Positions 47,607 through 56,825 of a DNA stretch of 64,000 nucleotides are shown here, in pieces. Location: contig CBDAOQ010000003.1 in the NCBI GenBank assembly GCA_965198125.1, positions 4,554,541 through 4,618,540 of the forward strand. Direction: 5' to 3'. Below the pieces are notes generated by a model. That model was not told where the DNA came from and did not search any database. It saw only the letters and a list, made by a program, of their open reading frames with translations. The stretch is from Candidatus Versatilivorator sp. (GTDB lineage: Bacteria; Acidobacteriota; Terriglobia; Versatilivoradales; Versatilivoraceae). Position numbers and translations under genes: made by a program. Within the stretch, counting starts at the first letter, position 1; every line of letters starts with the position of its first letter.

Positions 47607-48757
47607 CAGGCTGGGAGGTGGGCGTTTAGGTATCGTCGAACGTGTGAAATCAGAAAAAGGTGATCGGTACAGTAGACCGAAGGGTTATCGAAGCCCCGCT
47701 CGTCGCTCCAACGGTAGAGCGGCATCCCGCCGCCACAAACCGAGAGTTCGGGGCAACGCAGGCATTGGTTGTTGGCAGGATGCTGCATCTCGACATGCTC
47801 TCGAAAGGCGGCTGTCCGCACGATATCCTGCAAAGAATGAGAATGGATTGACCACAGCTCGTTGAACCGATCTCCGCCGTCGAATGTACTCTTGAGCGTG
47901 TCGTTCTTCGTGACAGTCCCATCGGTATCGATGATGAGGATCGCGTTTTGGTCTCGCCCCATTCCCTCCTTCGTAGCTGACCCTCCAAGCACCAGCTTCA
48001 CCAAGTCATCCAGCACGCGGACCGGAACGGGATCGGGATCACTCATGTAGACATCGAAGAGGCCTGCCAGCCATTCTCCCGCTTCGTGCGTATCGAATCC
48101 GGCCTTGCCTGGCGGCAAACGCGAGTGGTTTCCGTCGGGCAGAAGAAAACTCATCCCAGGTACACCGAGCCCTCGCAGGAACCAGTAGACATCGCTGGGA
48201 TTCGTGGACGGTTCGACAACGCTGAGTGTGCCTGAGAACAGTCGTTCCGTTGCAGGGTGGCGTTGCAGGCAATGGATACCGCTGAGTGTGGCCCCGAAGG
48301 TCCCACCTTGATCGAACCGCACGCGGCGGGAATCATTGATCTTCTTCGGTCCGTCGAGACTCACTGAGACCGTGGCCCCGGCGTCCACAAAAAGGTCGAG
48401 CAGCGGATCAGTGAGGAGCGTCCCGTTCGTCTGCACCGACAGAGTGCATCCCACGGGGAGGCGGGAGCGGAGACCAGTCAGTAACCGCGCTAGTAGTGCT
48501 TCTCCAAGCAGCAGTGGCTCCCCACCGTGGAGCACGACGGCGAAGTCCTGATCTTGAGCCTGCCGCAGTTCATTGAGACGACTGACTATAGCGTCGATCG
48601 TTGCCTGCGACATGGCAGGAGGCTGACGTTGCCACCCCTGGTCACCGAGCTGGTAGACGTAACAATAGCTGCACGCGATGTTGCAACGGCTGGCGACCTT
48701 CAGCAGGACAGTATCGATAGGGACCGGCACGTCACCCCGACATGGTGGCCCGTTCAC
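47606..48757 (-). CDS. yhhB: Cyclophane-forming radical SAM/SPASM maturase (YhhB-like)
   Basis: KVASRCNIACSYCY, HGGEPLL, QTNG, SLDGP, SPASM CxxC..CGGG..NPSVYC. Confidence 0.85.
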   Translation of the reverse strand: MNGPPCRGDVPVPIDTVLLKVASRCNIACSYCYVYQLGDQGWQRQPPAMSQATIDAIVSRLNELRQAQDQDFAVVLHGGEPLLLGEALLARLLTGLRSRLPVGCTLSVQTNGTLLTDPLLDLFVDAGATVSVSLDGPKKINDSRRVRFDQGGTFGATLSGIHCLQRHPATERLFSGTLSVVEPSTNPSDVYWFLRGLGVPGMSFLLPDGNHSRLPPGKAGFDTHEAGEWLAGLFDVYMSDPDPVPVRVLDDLVKLVLGGSATKEGMGRDQNAILIIDTDGTVTKNDTLKSTFDGGDRFNELWSIHSHSLQDIVRTAAFREHVEMQHPANNQCLRCPELSVCGGGMPLYRWSDERGFDNPSVYCTDHLFLISHVRRYLNAHLPA

Positions 48758-48948
48758 CGGTTGTGCCGGTTGTGTACGCGGTCGTACCGGGTGCTGGAAG
48801 ATGATTTTGCCGTCGTCTCCATGCGTACCTCTTCTACGAGTCGACGAAGAGCCGGACTCAACTCGGTGCCCGCCGGAATATCAATGCGACTGTCAAAGAC
48901 GGCATTCTCCAAAGACCCGGAGGTGGTCAACTGTTCCTTCTTCTCCAT
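48754..48948 (-). CDS. yhhA: Triceptide RiPP precursor (YhhA-like), core YDRVHNRHNR
   Basis: Leader SPALRRLVEEVR, C-terminal Y-D-R, H-N-R, H-N-R motifs; stop overlaps the rSAM start. GGAG RBS before MEKK (alternative start 48993). Confidence 0.85.
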   Translation of the reverse strand: MEKKEQLTTSGSLENAVFDSRIDIPAGTELSPALRRLVEEVRMETTAKSSSSTRYDRVHNRHNR

Positions 48949-49100
48949 GGCTTCGCTCCATGCTTCTGGTGTCATGTGTGCACTAGCTTCCATTCTACCA
49001 CCGAATCGGTCGATGATCTATCATCATTGTCTGTAAATCACTTAAAACAAACGATGATCATCTCGTTGTTTTCAATTAACCTATTTAGAATCATTGATTT

Positions 49101-49874
49101 CTAGGTTATATTATCCGTTTCTTCGCCGACGGTAGTCAGATAGTCGCGAGCCATAGCGCTGTGAGGGGCGTCGGGTCGTGCGAACGAGTCTACTTTGAGC
49201 CTCGCTTTGCGACGTAGGGCCTCACTTGTGCCTGGGTCGCGTACGACCTCATACAGAATCTCCAACTGGTTGAGTACGCACTGCCTATCCTCCTGCAATC
49301 CTGGCCGATTCAACCCAAGCACGGTGACCGTCACTCGCCCGCGTTCCGTGCCCGGCTCACAAGCAGATCCATTGAAAGTAAGGTGCTCGCTCAACTCTGT
49401 CTCGCCGTAGGGATTCAGGAGCAACAGAGACTCCCTGTCGAGGGGGTCGAGGTGATTCCGAGTTCGCTGTCCGGGCTCTTCAAGCGGGAAGTAATCAGAT
49501 TTCTTAAGGTTGCACGTTTCGCAGGCAAGCACGAGATTGTCCCACCGGTATGCCAGCCAATAGTAGCCAGGATATAGCTTATTGCTCATCTTGTCCTGAC
49601 GAACAGCACCCTTCGGGCGGAAGTGGTCGATCCGACCTGCAGAGGTGGGGGAAGGCTTCGACTCACAATAGCAGCACTTATCGTGCTGGAGCGTGCTGAG
49701 AGCATTCCTGACTTGTGGGGATCCATAGATGTTCTTCTTGATTTTGAACTTCAGTTTGCCGGAATCATACGCAGCCCGACTACCAATGTAAGCGTCGCAG
49801 TCTTGTCGAGTCGCGCTGTTTCCGTGACTCAAAAGCAACGGAGGAATACGATCCGGCCTGTTCAGGTTAATCAC
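49101..49874 (-). CDS. HNH endonuclease, PtuB/retron-effector-like
   Basis: QHDKCCYCES, IDHFRPK, YYWLAYRWDNLVLACETCNLKK, LLLNP, LGLNR; GTGA overlap with the ATPase stop. Confidence 0.85.
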   Translation of the reverse strand: MINLNRPDRIPPLLLSHGNSATRQDCDAYIGSRAAYDSGKLKFKIKKNIYGSPQVRNALSTLQHDKCCYCESKPSPTSAGRIDHFRPKGAVRQDKMSNKLYPGYYWLAYRWDNLVLACETCNLKKSDYFPLEEPGQRTRNHLDPLDRESLLLLNPYGETELSEHLTFNGSACEPGTERGRVTVTVLGLNRPGLQEDRQCVLNQLEILYEVVRDPGTSEALRRKARLKVDSFARPDAPHSAMARDYLTTVGEETDNIT

Positions 49875-51220
49875 CTCTTCTCTTCCCGCCGTGCCTGAAG
49901 ATCTGCCGCCGCCTGCCGAATGATCCGCATTGCTTCCTGGTCCTCGAGCTGCTCCGCGGTAGGCAATGAGGCCAGTTCGTCGGCAATTTGCTGGAGCCGT
50001 ACGCTGGCTTTCGGGGTAACCGGATGCTTCTCGAACAGCTTCTCCCGCTCTTTCATGAGAGCTTCGACACGTAGCGATCTCGCGGTCTCTAGTTCGAAGA
50101 GATTGACCAGAATCTGGTCGAAGCGCCACCCCTCGACGACGTCTGGTTCGTTCTCAATGGCTACTTGATCGCCTGCCTCAGTCTGTTTCAGCACGGCTAC
50201 GTTGACATCGATCATGGAGGTGATCATCAGCGGACTGTGAGTAGTCGCGACGAACTGAACGTTTCTAAAGTGATCGGAGAACTGTTTCATGATCATGCGC
50301 TGCCAGCGAGGATGAAGGTGCAGGTCGATCTCGTCGATCAACACCACAGCCGGCTCCGCAAGCGGCTTCGTGCTCTCTGGGTAGTGCTTGACAAGCCTCC
50401 ACGCCAGGTCAACGATCCACGCGGTGACGGTTCGGTGGCCAAGACTCAGGTCATTCAGCGGGACATCCCCGAACTGGGTCTGAAATCTGAGCCTGCCGCT
50501 AAGTTCTTCCGGGTCTGCGATATCGATGTCGCTGGCCGCATTGATGAAAGGGAGGATATCGGCCAAGGCATGTTTCATACTATCCAGACGGGCCTTCGAC
50601 TTCGCGTTGCCTTTAAGGGCCGAGTAGTCGAGCTGTGACAACACATCGGCGGCATCGATAAGCTCTGTGCTGTCTTCATGAAGCAGGTCACCCGGTTCAG
50701 ACTCAGACAACTTTTCGGCATTCTGATTTCCCATATACCGATTTGCCGCATAAGGAATGATGAACGGTTCTACCGTCGTGTCGGGCTCGTTTACAGTTCG
50801 CCGCACATTCTCGAGCGTGTTGTCGCGGGCCGATAGGGCCATTCCGGTTCTTACGCGCGCCGTTGACGGGATGCCTGACGCTAGAGTAGGAATCTCGACC
50901 ATCTCCGCCTGCAGGGTCGTGCTGCGGGCACCGTCACGTAACAGCTTGGCCATGTCAGGAGGATCTTGATCGTGCAGCCATGGTTGGATACCTGCTTGCG
51001 TATCCTTACCAGGCGGGTAGTACGGTGTCGGGCGCATCCATGCCAGACACTGCAGGAGGGTCGTTTTGCCAACTCCGTTGTCCCCCACGAGCAAGGTCCA
51101 ACGGGCTGGGCGGCCGTTTGAGTCTACAAGGTGCAGTACCTGCTTTTCCGCAAAGCAACGCGCGTTCTCAATCTCAAGACTGAGGAAGTAGATCGCTCTC
51201 TGGCGGCGTTTGGCTGGCAT
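49871..51220 (-). CDS. ABC/AAA_21-type ATPase, PtuA-like
   Basis: Walker A GDNGVGKT, signature LSLG, Walker B/D-loop VLIDEIDLHLHPRWQ, H-loop TTHSP. Confidence 0.88.
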   Translation of the reverse strand: MPAKRRQRAIYFLSLEIENARCFAEKQVLHLVDSNGRPARWTLLVGDNGVGKTTLLQCLAWMRPTPYYPPGKDTQAGIQPWLHDQDPPDMAKLLRDGARSTTLQAEMVEIPTLASGIPSTARVRTGMALSARDNTLENVRRTVNEPDTTVEPFIIPYAANRYMGNQNAEKLSESEPGDLLHEDSTELIDAADVLSQLDYSALKGNAKSKARLDSMKHALADILPFINAASDIDIADPEELSGRLRFQTQFGDVPLNDLSLGHRTVTAWIVDLAWRLVKHYPESTKPLAEPAVVLIDEIDLHLHPRWQRMIMKQFSDHFRNVQFVATTHSPLMITSMIDVNVAVLKQTEAGDQVAIENEPDVVEGWRFDQILVNLFELETARSLRVEALMKEREKLFEKHPVTPKASVRLQQIADELASLPTAEQLEDQEAMRIIRQAAADLQARREEKR

Positions 51221-51579
51221 TCGAATCTCTCGATGGTCGGTGAACTATACGCCGAGGACGATCCACGCCACCGCGCACACCGCACTCTACTGCAGATTAA
51301 CACCCTGCATGGCACATTCCGCTCGGAGAGTGATCGCTGTCATCCGATACTGACCCGCCCCCGCGATTTTACCACTTTCTAAGTTAGAAGTTCGCGTCCA
51401 CTTCTCCTCACGTGGCCGTTTGTTTCAGGCCAACATCTGAGCTCAGGATACAGAAAACCAGAAAAACTGAGGGAGTTATAGGAGTGTCAACGACGAAACA
51501 GGTGGGGGACTTATTGGGGGATCATTGCAAGTTGAATCAAATATAACCTATTGATATAAAAATATTTATATATAATATC

Positions 51580-51669
51580 TGGCGGAGAGAGCGGGATTCG
51601 AACCCGCGTTAGAGTTTCCCCTAAACACGCTTTCCAAGCGTGCGCCTTCAGCCACTCGGCCACCTCTCC
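51580..51669 (-). tRNA. tRNA-Ser(GGA)
   Basis: GGAGAGGTGGCCGAGTGG..CACGC-TTGGAAA-GCGTG, long variable arm, GGTTCGAATCC, CCA end. Confidence 0.97.
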
Positions 51670-51825
51670 CCATTCAATTACCGCCCGATTGTAGTGAAAA
51701 CCCGGGGCGGCGTCCAGAGGGCTTCGGATTCAGGCCCGGCGGCGCCGCCGCGTGGCCCGGTGGCGTGGGACTGCCCCAATCCGCGGGCTGATGCCCACGG
51801 CCGGTCCGCAGCGGCCTTGCCTCCC

Positions 51826-52257
51826 TCACAGAATCCGGACCCGGTCGCCCACGGAGATGGCACCTCCCGACTCGACGCTTGCGAGCATTCCCCTGCGTCC
51901 ATGCAACTCCCGCTGCAGGCCGGCCCGGATTTCATCCATGCGGCTGCAAGGCCGGCAGGGCGTGGTGATTCGCAGCCGCACCTCCGATCCGATCTGCAGG
52001 ATGCGGCCTTGATCGAGGCCATTCAAGGCGATGCCGCGAATGGTCAGGTTTTCCTTGACCTCGCCGATACGCAGGTTCATGGCTTGCAGCGTTTCTTCCT
52101 CGATGAGGAGAACCTGGCGCTCACTCCCTGCCCGAGCGTGGTGATCCATCTCCAGACCCAAATCCTGAATGAGCCTGGCCGGATTGACCGGTTGCATGGG
52201 CCGGCGGGACCCGGGACACCGCTGGATGCTGACAAGGACTCCTTTGTGGGAACTCAT
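51826..52257 (-). CDS. MOSC domain protein
   Basis: GLEMDHHA, RQVLL, ENLT, PCRPC, RRGM...GGAISVGD. Confidence 0.85.
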   Translation of the reverse strand: MSSHKGVLVSIQRCPGSRRPMQPVNPARLIQDLGLEMDHHARAGSERQVLLIEEETLQAMNLRIGEVKENLTIRGIALNGLDQGRILQIGSEVRLRITTPCRPCSRMDEIRAGLQRELHGRRGMLASVESGGAISVGDRVRIL

Positions 52258-52491
52258 GGAACCTTCCTGGACATTTCCAATGCTCACCACCTGGCGGACC
52301 CAAGTCTTCGCCCCATTCCAGGCCCGATCCCTAGCCGGAATCCCCGAAGCCGGCCAGATTCCCGCCGCAGCCCTGGCGTTGCCCACCTTCCGGCTCCGCG
52401 GGCATCCTCAATTTGACCGGCCCGCGGCCATTCATTAAGATGGGCACCCCGGTCAGCTTCCGTGTTCTCCTCGGCGATGCCTCTCGGATCA

Positions 52492-53070
52492 ATGGGACAA
52501 TCGGCTTCTCAAATTGCCTCTGAACTGGCTTCTCGGGCCCCACACAGACTCGAGGGCCGACATTCGGGGCGAGCGGCCGTTCTGATGCCGATCTGGGAAC
52601 GAAGGGAAGCCCTGTATTTCCTGCTTACCCGGCGTACCGAAACGGTGGAAACCCACAAGGGACAGATTTCCTTTCCCGGAGGCATGCGAGACTCGGAGCA
52701 GGAGCCCCTGGTTCGGACCGCGCTGAGAGAAACGCAAGAGGAGATCGGGCTGCCGGAATCGCAGATACGAATCCTGGGGCAGTTCGACGACTACCTGTCC
52801 TCCACCGACCTGATTGTCACGCCATTTGTCGGCTGGGTCTCCCCCCCACTGGAGCTGAGTCCCAACCCTGAAGAAGTCGAAGAGATTTTGGAGGTCCCCT
52901 GGAGCCTCTTCCGAGATCCCGGTTTATCCAGGACCGAAACCCTCCACCGACTGGGCCGGGACATTCTGGTCTACCACTACGATTTTCGAGGCCGAGACGT
53001 CTGGGGGCTGACGGCCCGGATCATCCGGGATTTCCTGCACCTTATGGATGCCTTGCCTCCCGAAAGTTGA
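52492..53070 (+). CDS. CoA pyrophosphatase (NudL-like Nudix)
   Basis: AAVL, LTRR..HKGQISFPGG, TALRETQEEIG, VWGLTA. Confidence 0.9.
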   Translation: MGQSASQIASELASRAPHRLEGRHSGRAAVLMPIWERREALYFLLTRRTETVETHKGQISFPGGMRDSEQEPLVRTALRETQEEIGLPESQIRILGQFDDYLSSTDLIVTPFVGWVSPPLELSPNPEEVEEILEVPWSLFRDPGLSRTETLHRLGRDILVYHYDFRGRDVWGLTARIIRDFLHLMDALPPES

Positions 53071-53075
53071 CGTTG

Positions 53076-53337
53076 AAGCCGCATTTCTCACCAGGGGGTT
53101 GCACTCTTCTCAAGAGTGCAACTTGGCGCAGGATTTTCCGCTTCAGCGCGTGCTCGTGACCGAAGGGCGTAGCCGGAACACCATTCAAGGGAGCATGTGC
53201 GCGCTGAAGGGGAAAAGACAAGCCAGGGCGCGCCCAGCACCGTCTGTCCCCTGCAGACTCCAAACAAAGCGCCGCAAGATGTTAAAGACAAGCACTTTTC
53301 TACCTTAGGCTCAGCGTCCTGGTGAGAAATGCGGGTT
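53076..53337. mobile_element. ~260-bp MITE (copy 1)
   Basis: TIR A(G/C)CCGCATTTCTCACC / GGTGAGAAATGCGGGT; first ~165 bp nearly identical to 56825-56990. Confidence 0.85.
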
Positions 53338-53367
53338 AAAGCCGCGGCTGCCCGATTTTAGCTCCCC

Positions 53368-54366
53368 TCACTCCTCTTTCAGACGCCTTTTCATCAAGTC
53401 TCTCACGGCCTCTCGCGGTTCCTTGCGGTGGTGGAGCAGCAGATTCATCTGCTCCGCGATGGGCATTTCCACTCCATAGCGTTCAGCCAGCTTCAAGGTG
53501 GCCCCGGTGGCGGGAATTCCTTCCGCCACCGTGCGCATTCCCTCCGTGATATCCGCCAACCCGCACCCCTTTCCCAACTGGAAGCCAACCCGGCGATTGC
53601 GACTGAGTTCGCCGTGGCAGGTCAGTACCAGATCCCCCACGCCGGCCAGACCGGCCATGGTTTCCGTCCGGCCACCGCAGGCCACAACCAGGCGTGTCAT
53701 TTCCGCCAGACCGCGCGTCACCACCGCCGCGACGGAATTGCAACCCAAACCCATTCCGGCACACACTCCGGCGGCGATGGCGATCACGTTCTTGACCGCG
53801 CCGCCCAGTTCCACGCCGATGATGTCGGTATTGGTGTAGAGACGAAGCGAGGGGCCGGAGAACTCGGTTTGCACCACCCGGTTGACGGTTGGGTCGGGTC
53901 CGGCCACGACAATGGCCGTCGGATCGCCCCGAGCGACCTCCCTGGCAAAGGAGGGACCGGAGATCGCGGCGATTCGAGGCCGAAAAGAGGATGAAATCAC
54001 GGCTTCCATCACCTGGGACATACGCTGCAGGCTGGTGCTTTCGATCCCTTTGGTGGCGCTCACCAGAACAGACTCGGGACGCAGGTAGGGCAGCATCTCC
54101 CGGTAGAGCCGGCGGCAACAATTGGCCGGGACGGCCGTCAAGACGATTTCGGCCCCTTCCAGACCAAATGCCAACGAATCTGTGGCGACGACTGAATCCG
54201 GGATCGAAAAATCACTGAGGTAAAGAGGGTTGCTCCGCCCCGCATTGATGGCGGGGACCAGCTCCGGCTCATAGACCCAGAGTCGAATCCGGTGTCCCAT
54301 TCTCGCCAGTGCAATGGATAGGGCTGTACCCCAACCGCCCCCGCCAATGATCGCCACCCGCTTCAT
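53368..54366 (-). CDS. gpsA: NAD(P)H-dependent glycerol-3-phosphate dehydrogenase
   Basis: IGGGGWGTAL, SATKG, SGPSFA, GAVKNVIAIAAG, GDLVLTC, SRN. Confidence 0.95.
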   Translation of the reverse strand: MKRVAIIGGGGWGTALSIALARMGHRIRLWVYEPELVPAINAGRSNPLYLSDFSIPDSVVATDSLAFGLEGAEIVLTAVPANCCRRLYREMLPYLRPESVLVSATKGIESTSLQRMSQVMEAVISSSFRPRIAAISGPSFAREVARGDPTAIVVAGPDPTVNRVVQTEFSGPSLRLYTNTDIIGVELGGAVKNVIAIAAGVCAGMGLGCNSVAAVVTRGLAEMTRLVVACGGRTETMAGLAGVGDLVLTCHGELSRNRRVGFQLGKGCGLADITEGMRTVAEGIPATGATLKLAERYGVEMPIAEQMNLLLHHRKEPREAVRDLMKRRLKEE

Positions 54367-54459
54367 GGTCCTCGCCCCGTCGGGCCGTGCTGCGCTCCAG
54401 CCCACCCTCCTGCAGAACTTCCTGTTTGTGGTTTGACAGCGACCCGGTGAGCACTCCGG

Positions 54460-55695
54460 TTAGAGCAACCTGCGCCGCACCATGTCCAAGGCCGTTTGGG
54501 TGGCCCAAAAACGGATCTTCTCCCGATCGCCGCTGAATCGACACTCCCGATGCTCGACCTGGTTTTCCATGGCGAGGGCCAGATGCACCAGCCCCACTGG
54601 CTTTTCCGGGCTGCCGCCGGATGGCCCTGCCACGCCCGTCACTCCAATGCCGATGCTGGCTCCGGTCCGATCACGAATTCCTTCCGCCAAGGCCTTGGCC
54701 ACCTCCGCACTGACGGCGCCGCCCATTTCCAAAAGCAGAGGCGGCATCCCGGTAAATTCCACTTTGGACCGGTTGCTGTAGCAGATGACACCGCCGAGAA
54801 AATACCTGGAGCTGCCGGAAACCCTGGTGATTCGTTCGGCAATCAGACCTCCGGTACAGCTTTCAGCCACGGCCAGAGTCTTTTTTTTTCGGAGAAGGCA
54901 TTCCCCGACGACCTGTTCCAGGCTCTCGTCACCGGTGGAGAAAATGTAATCCCCCAGTTCGATCCGGATCCGATCGGCCACCTTCTGAACCAACGCCATG
55001 GCTTCCTGCCGGGATGTGGCCTTGCCGGTCAGGTGAACCTGAATCTCTCCCTTGCCGGCCAAAATAGTGGTCACGGGGTTCTTGTACCGAGTATAGATCG
55101 GAGCAATCTGCTCGTCGAGCTGAGATTCCGCCATCCCGGTAGCCCTCAGGACACGGGTAAACAGATGAAAACCCTTCGAACGACGGCTGAGCAACGACAG
55201 GCAGGATTCCTCAAAAATCGTCTTCATTTCCGAAGGCACTCCGGGGAGCAGAATAATGACCGCGTCGCCTTCTTCCAGCCAAAGCCCCGGAGCGGTCCCC
55301 AGCCTGTTCTCGAGAACTCGCGCTCCCACGGGAACCAGGGCCTGGCGGGCATTGTTGGCGGGCATCTCCAGTCCCCGGCTCCGAAAGCGAGTCCGGATGC
55401 CCTGGAGAATGTCATCCTGCAGCACCATCTGCCTTTGGAACACGCGCGCAAATACTTTCCTGGTAATGTCGTCTTCGGTCGGTCCCAGACCTCCGGTGGC
55501 GATCACCAGCGGGGACCGCTCCACCGCCGACCTCACCACCTGCTCCAGCCGGGATTCGTGGTCCCCGGCAACCACCTTGAGATCGACTTCAATGCCGATG
55601 GAGTTGAGTTGCCTGGTCAGATAGAGGGAGTTGGAATCCACCCGGTGAGGAGTCAGCAACTCCGACCCAATGGCGATAATCTCTGCGGTTTCCAT
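54460..55695 (-). CDS. cinA: CinA competence/damage-inducible protein (NMN deamidase)
   Basis: IGSELL, GGLGPTEDD, GTAPG, LPGVP, AESCTGG, GSS.YF, GVAGP.GG. Confidence 0.93.
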   Translation of the reverse strand: METAEIIAIGSELLTPHRVDSNSLYLTRQLNSIGIEVDLKVVAGDHESRLEQVVRSAVERSPLVIATGGLGPTEDDITRKVFARVFQRQMVLQDDILQGIRTRFRSRGLEMPANNARQALVPVGARVLENRLGTAPGLWLEEGDAVIILLPGVPSEMKTIFEESCLSLLSRRSKGFHLFTRVLRATGMAESQLDEQIAPIYTRYKNPVTTILAGKGEIQVHLTGKATSRQEAMALVQKVADRIRIELGDYIFSTGDESLEQVVGECLLRKKKTLAVAESCTGGLIAERITRVSGSSRYFLGGVICYSNRSKVEFTGMPPLLLEMGGAVSAEVAKALAEGIRDRTGASIGIGVTGVAGPSGGSPEKPVGLVHLALAMENQVEHRECRFSGDREKIRFWATQTALDMVRRRLL

Positions 55696-55770
55696 AGGAT
55701 GGGGGAGGGACCTGGCCGGCTAGCTGGAGGGGAGCAATGGGCTGTCGAATCTTCCCAGGCCTTGCCTGCG

Positions 55771-56778
55771 TCAGGGCAGCGGCTTACCCTCGACTCCCAG
55801 GTGAACCTGATAGATGGAGCTGGTCGTGGCAAGATACATGTCCTGCCCATATCCGAAAGCCAAGCCGATGAGGTTGGAACCGCTGACAGCCAATGTGGCC
55901 TCGGCCTTGGGATCGATCTTCACCACCCCTCGCCGACCTGCCAGCGACGCCGCCACATAGAGGTTGCCTTCCGCATCAAAAGCCAATCCCTGAGGACGGC
56001 CCAAACCGGTAAAGAAAACTTCGACCTCGCCGCTGGCGTTGACCTTGTAGACATGGTCGCAGGTAGATGCGGTTGGTCCGGTCACAAAGAGACTGCCTGC
56101 CTGATCGAAGGCGAGGTGATAGGCCGAGACACTGGGTTCAAGAGTCGCAAAAACAAAGATCTCACGGTTTTTGTCGATCTTGAAAATGGTGCCGCTGCGG
56201 TCGCCGACGTAAAGGTTGTCCTCGCGGTCGAAGACGATATCGGTGGCCACCCCCATGCCCTTGGCATAGATCGCCGTCTCACCCTGGGGGGAAACCCTGA
56301 AAATGTTCCCATCCTGGCGGCTGGAAACAAACAGTTCGTCCCTGCTGTTGAGAGCCAATCCGGTTGGGTTGATGATCTCCGCGCCCAAGGGGTTGACGAC
56401 CCCGGTCTGACTCACTTTAAAGATCGAGTTGGGAACCTTCTCGCCCTTGCGCCCGCTCATGGTCGAATAGAGATTGCCGCCCGAATCCAGGGCTGGATTG
56501 GCCACAGGGTGCAGATTGTCGGTCACCAGATTGGCCACCTCGCAGGTGACGTGATTGCTCTCCTGACCGTCAATGGCAATCCACAGTTCCCCGCTGCAGG
56601 CCTCCGACGGCACCTGAGCCACAATCAGGTCGGAGGCCACCGAAACCAAATGGCTGGGGGCCCGCTGAATCTTCACCTCGGGGCGCAAGAAGGACTTCAA
56701 TTCCAAGCCACTGCAGCGAATGAAAATCTCTCCACCGGGAATGGCTGCTGCAGGTAACAGATCCAGGATTTTTACCAT
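55771..56778 (-). CDS. IPT/TIG plus NHL/SMP-30 beta-propeller protein
   Basis: N-terminal Ig-like segment; repeated P.GLA/ALD..GNLY blades. Confidence 0.7.
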   Translation of the reverse strand: MVKILDLLPAAAIPGGEIFIRCSGLELKSFLRPEVKIQRAPSHLVSVASDLIVAQVPSEACSGELWIAIDGQESNHVTCEVANLVTDNLHPVANPALDSGGNLYSTMSGRKGEKVPNSIFKVSQTGVVNPLGAEIINPTGLALNSRDELFVSSRQDGNIFRVSPQGETAIYAKGMGVATDIVFDREDNLYVGDRSGTIFKIDKNREIFVFATLEPSVSAYHLAFDQAGSLFVTGPTASTCDHVYKVNASGEVEVFFTGLGRPQGLAFDAEGNLYVAASLAGRRGVVKIDPKAEATLAVSGSNLIGLAFGYGQDMYLATTSSIYQVHLGVEGKPLP

Positions 56779-56825
56779 GGGTCAGATCGATGGGATGGAT
56801 GGTGTCTGCAAGCTCCGCGGGATTA

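Noticed and set aside
49875-50129. N-terminal extension of the HNH ORF in the ORF track
   Set aside because: It overlaps the ATPase; the GTG at 49874 has an RBS and a GTGA stop-start overlap.
51221-51579. Retron msr/msd upstream of the PtuA-like ATPase
   Set aside because: No reverse transcriptase in the window and no clear a1/a2 inverted repeats seen.
54496-56757. 753-aa plus-strand ORF and other long antisense ORFs (e.g. 34400-35827, 43078-44433, 60597-61832)
   Set aside because: Shadow ORFs opposite well-supported genes in GC-rich DNA, with no recognisable motifs.
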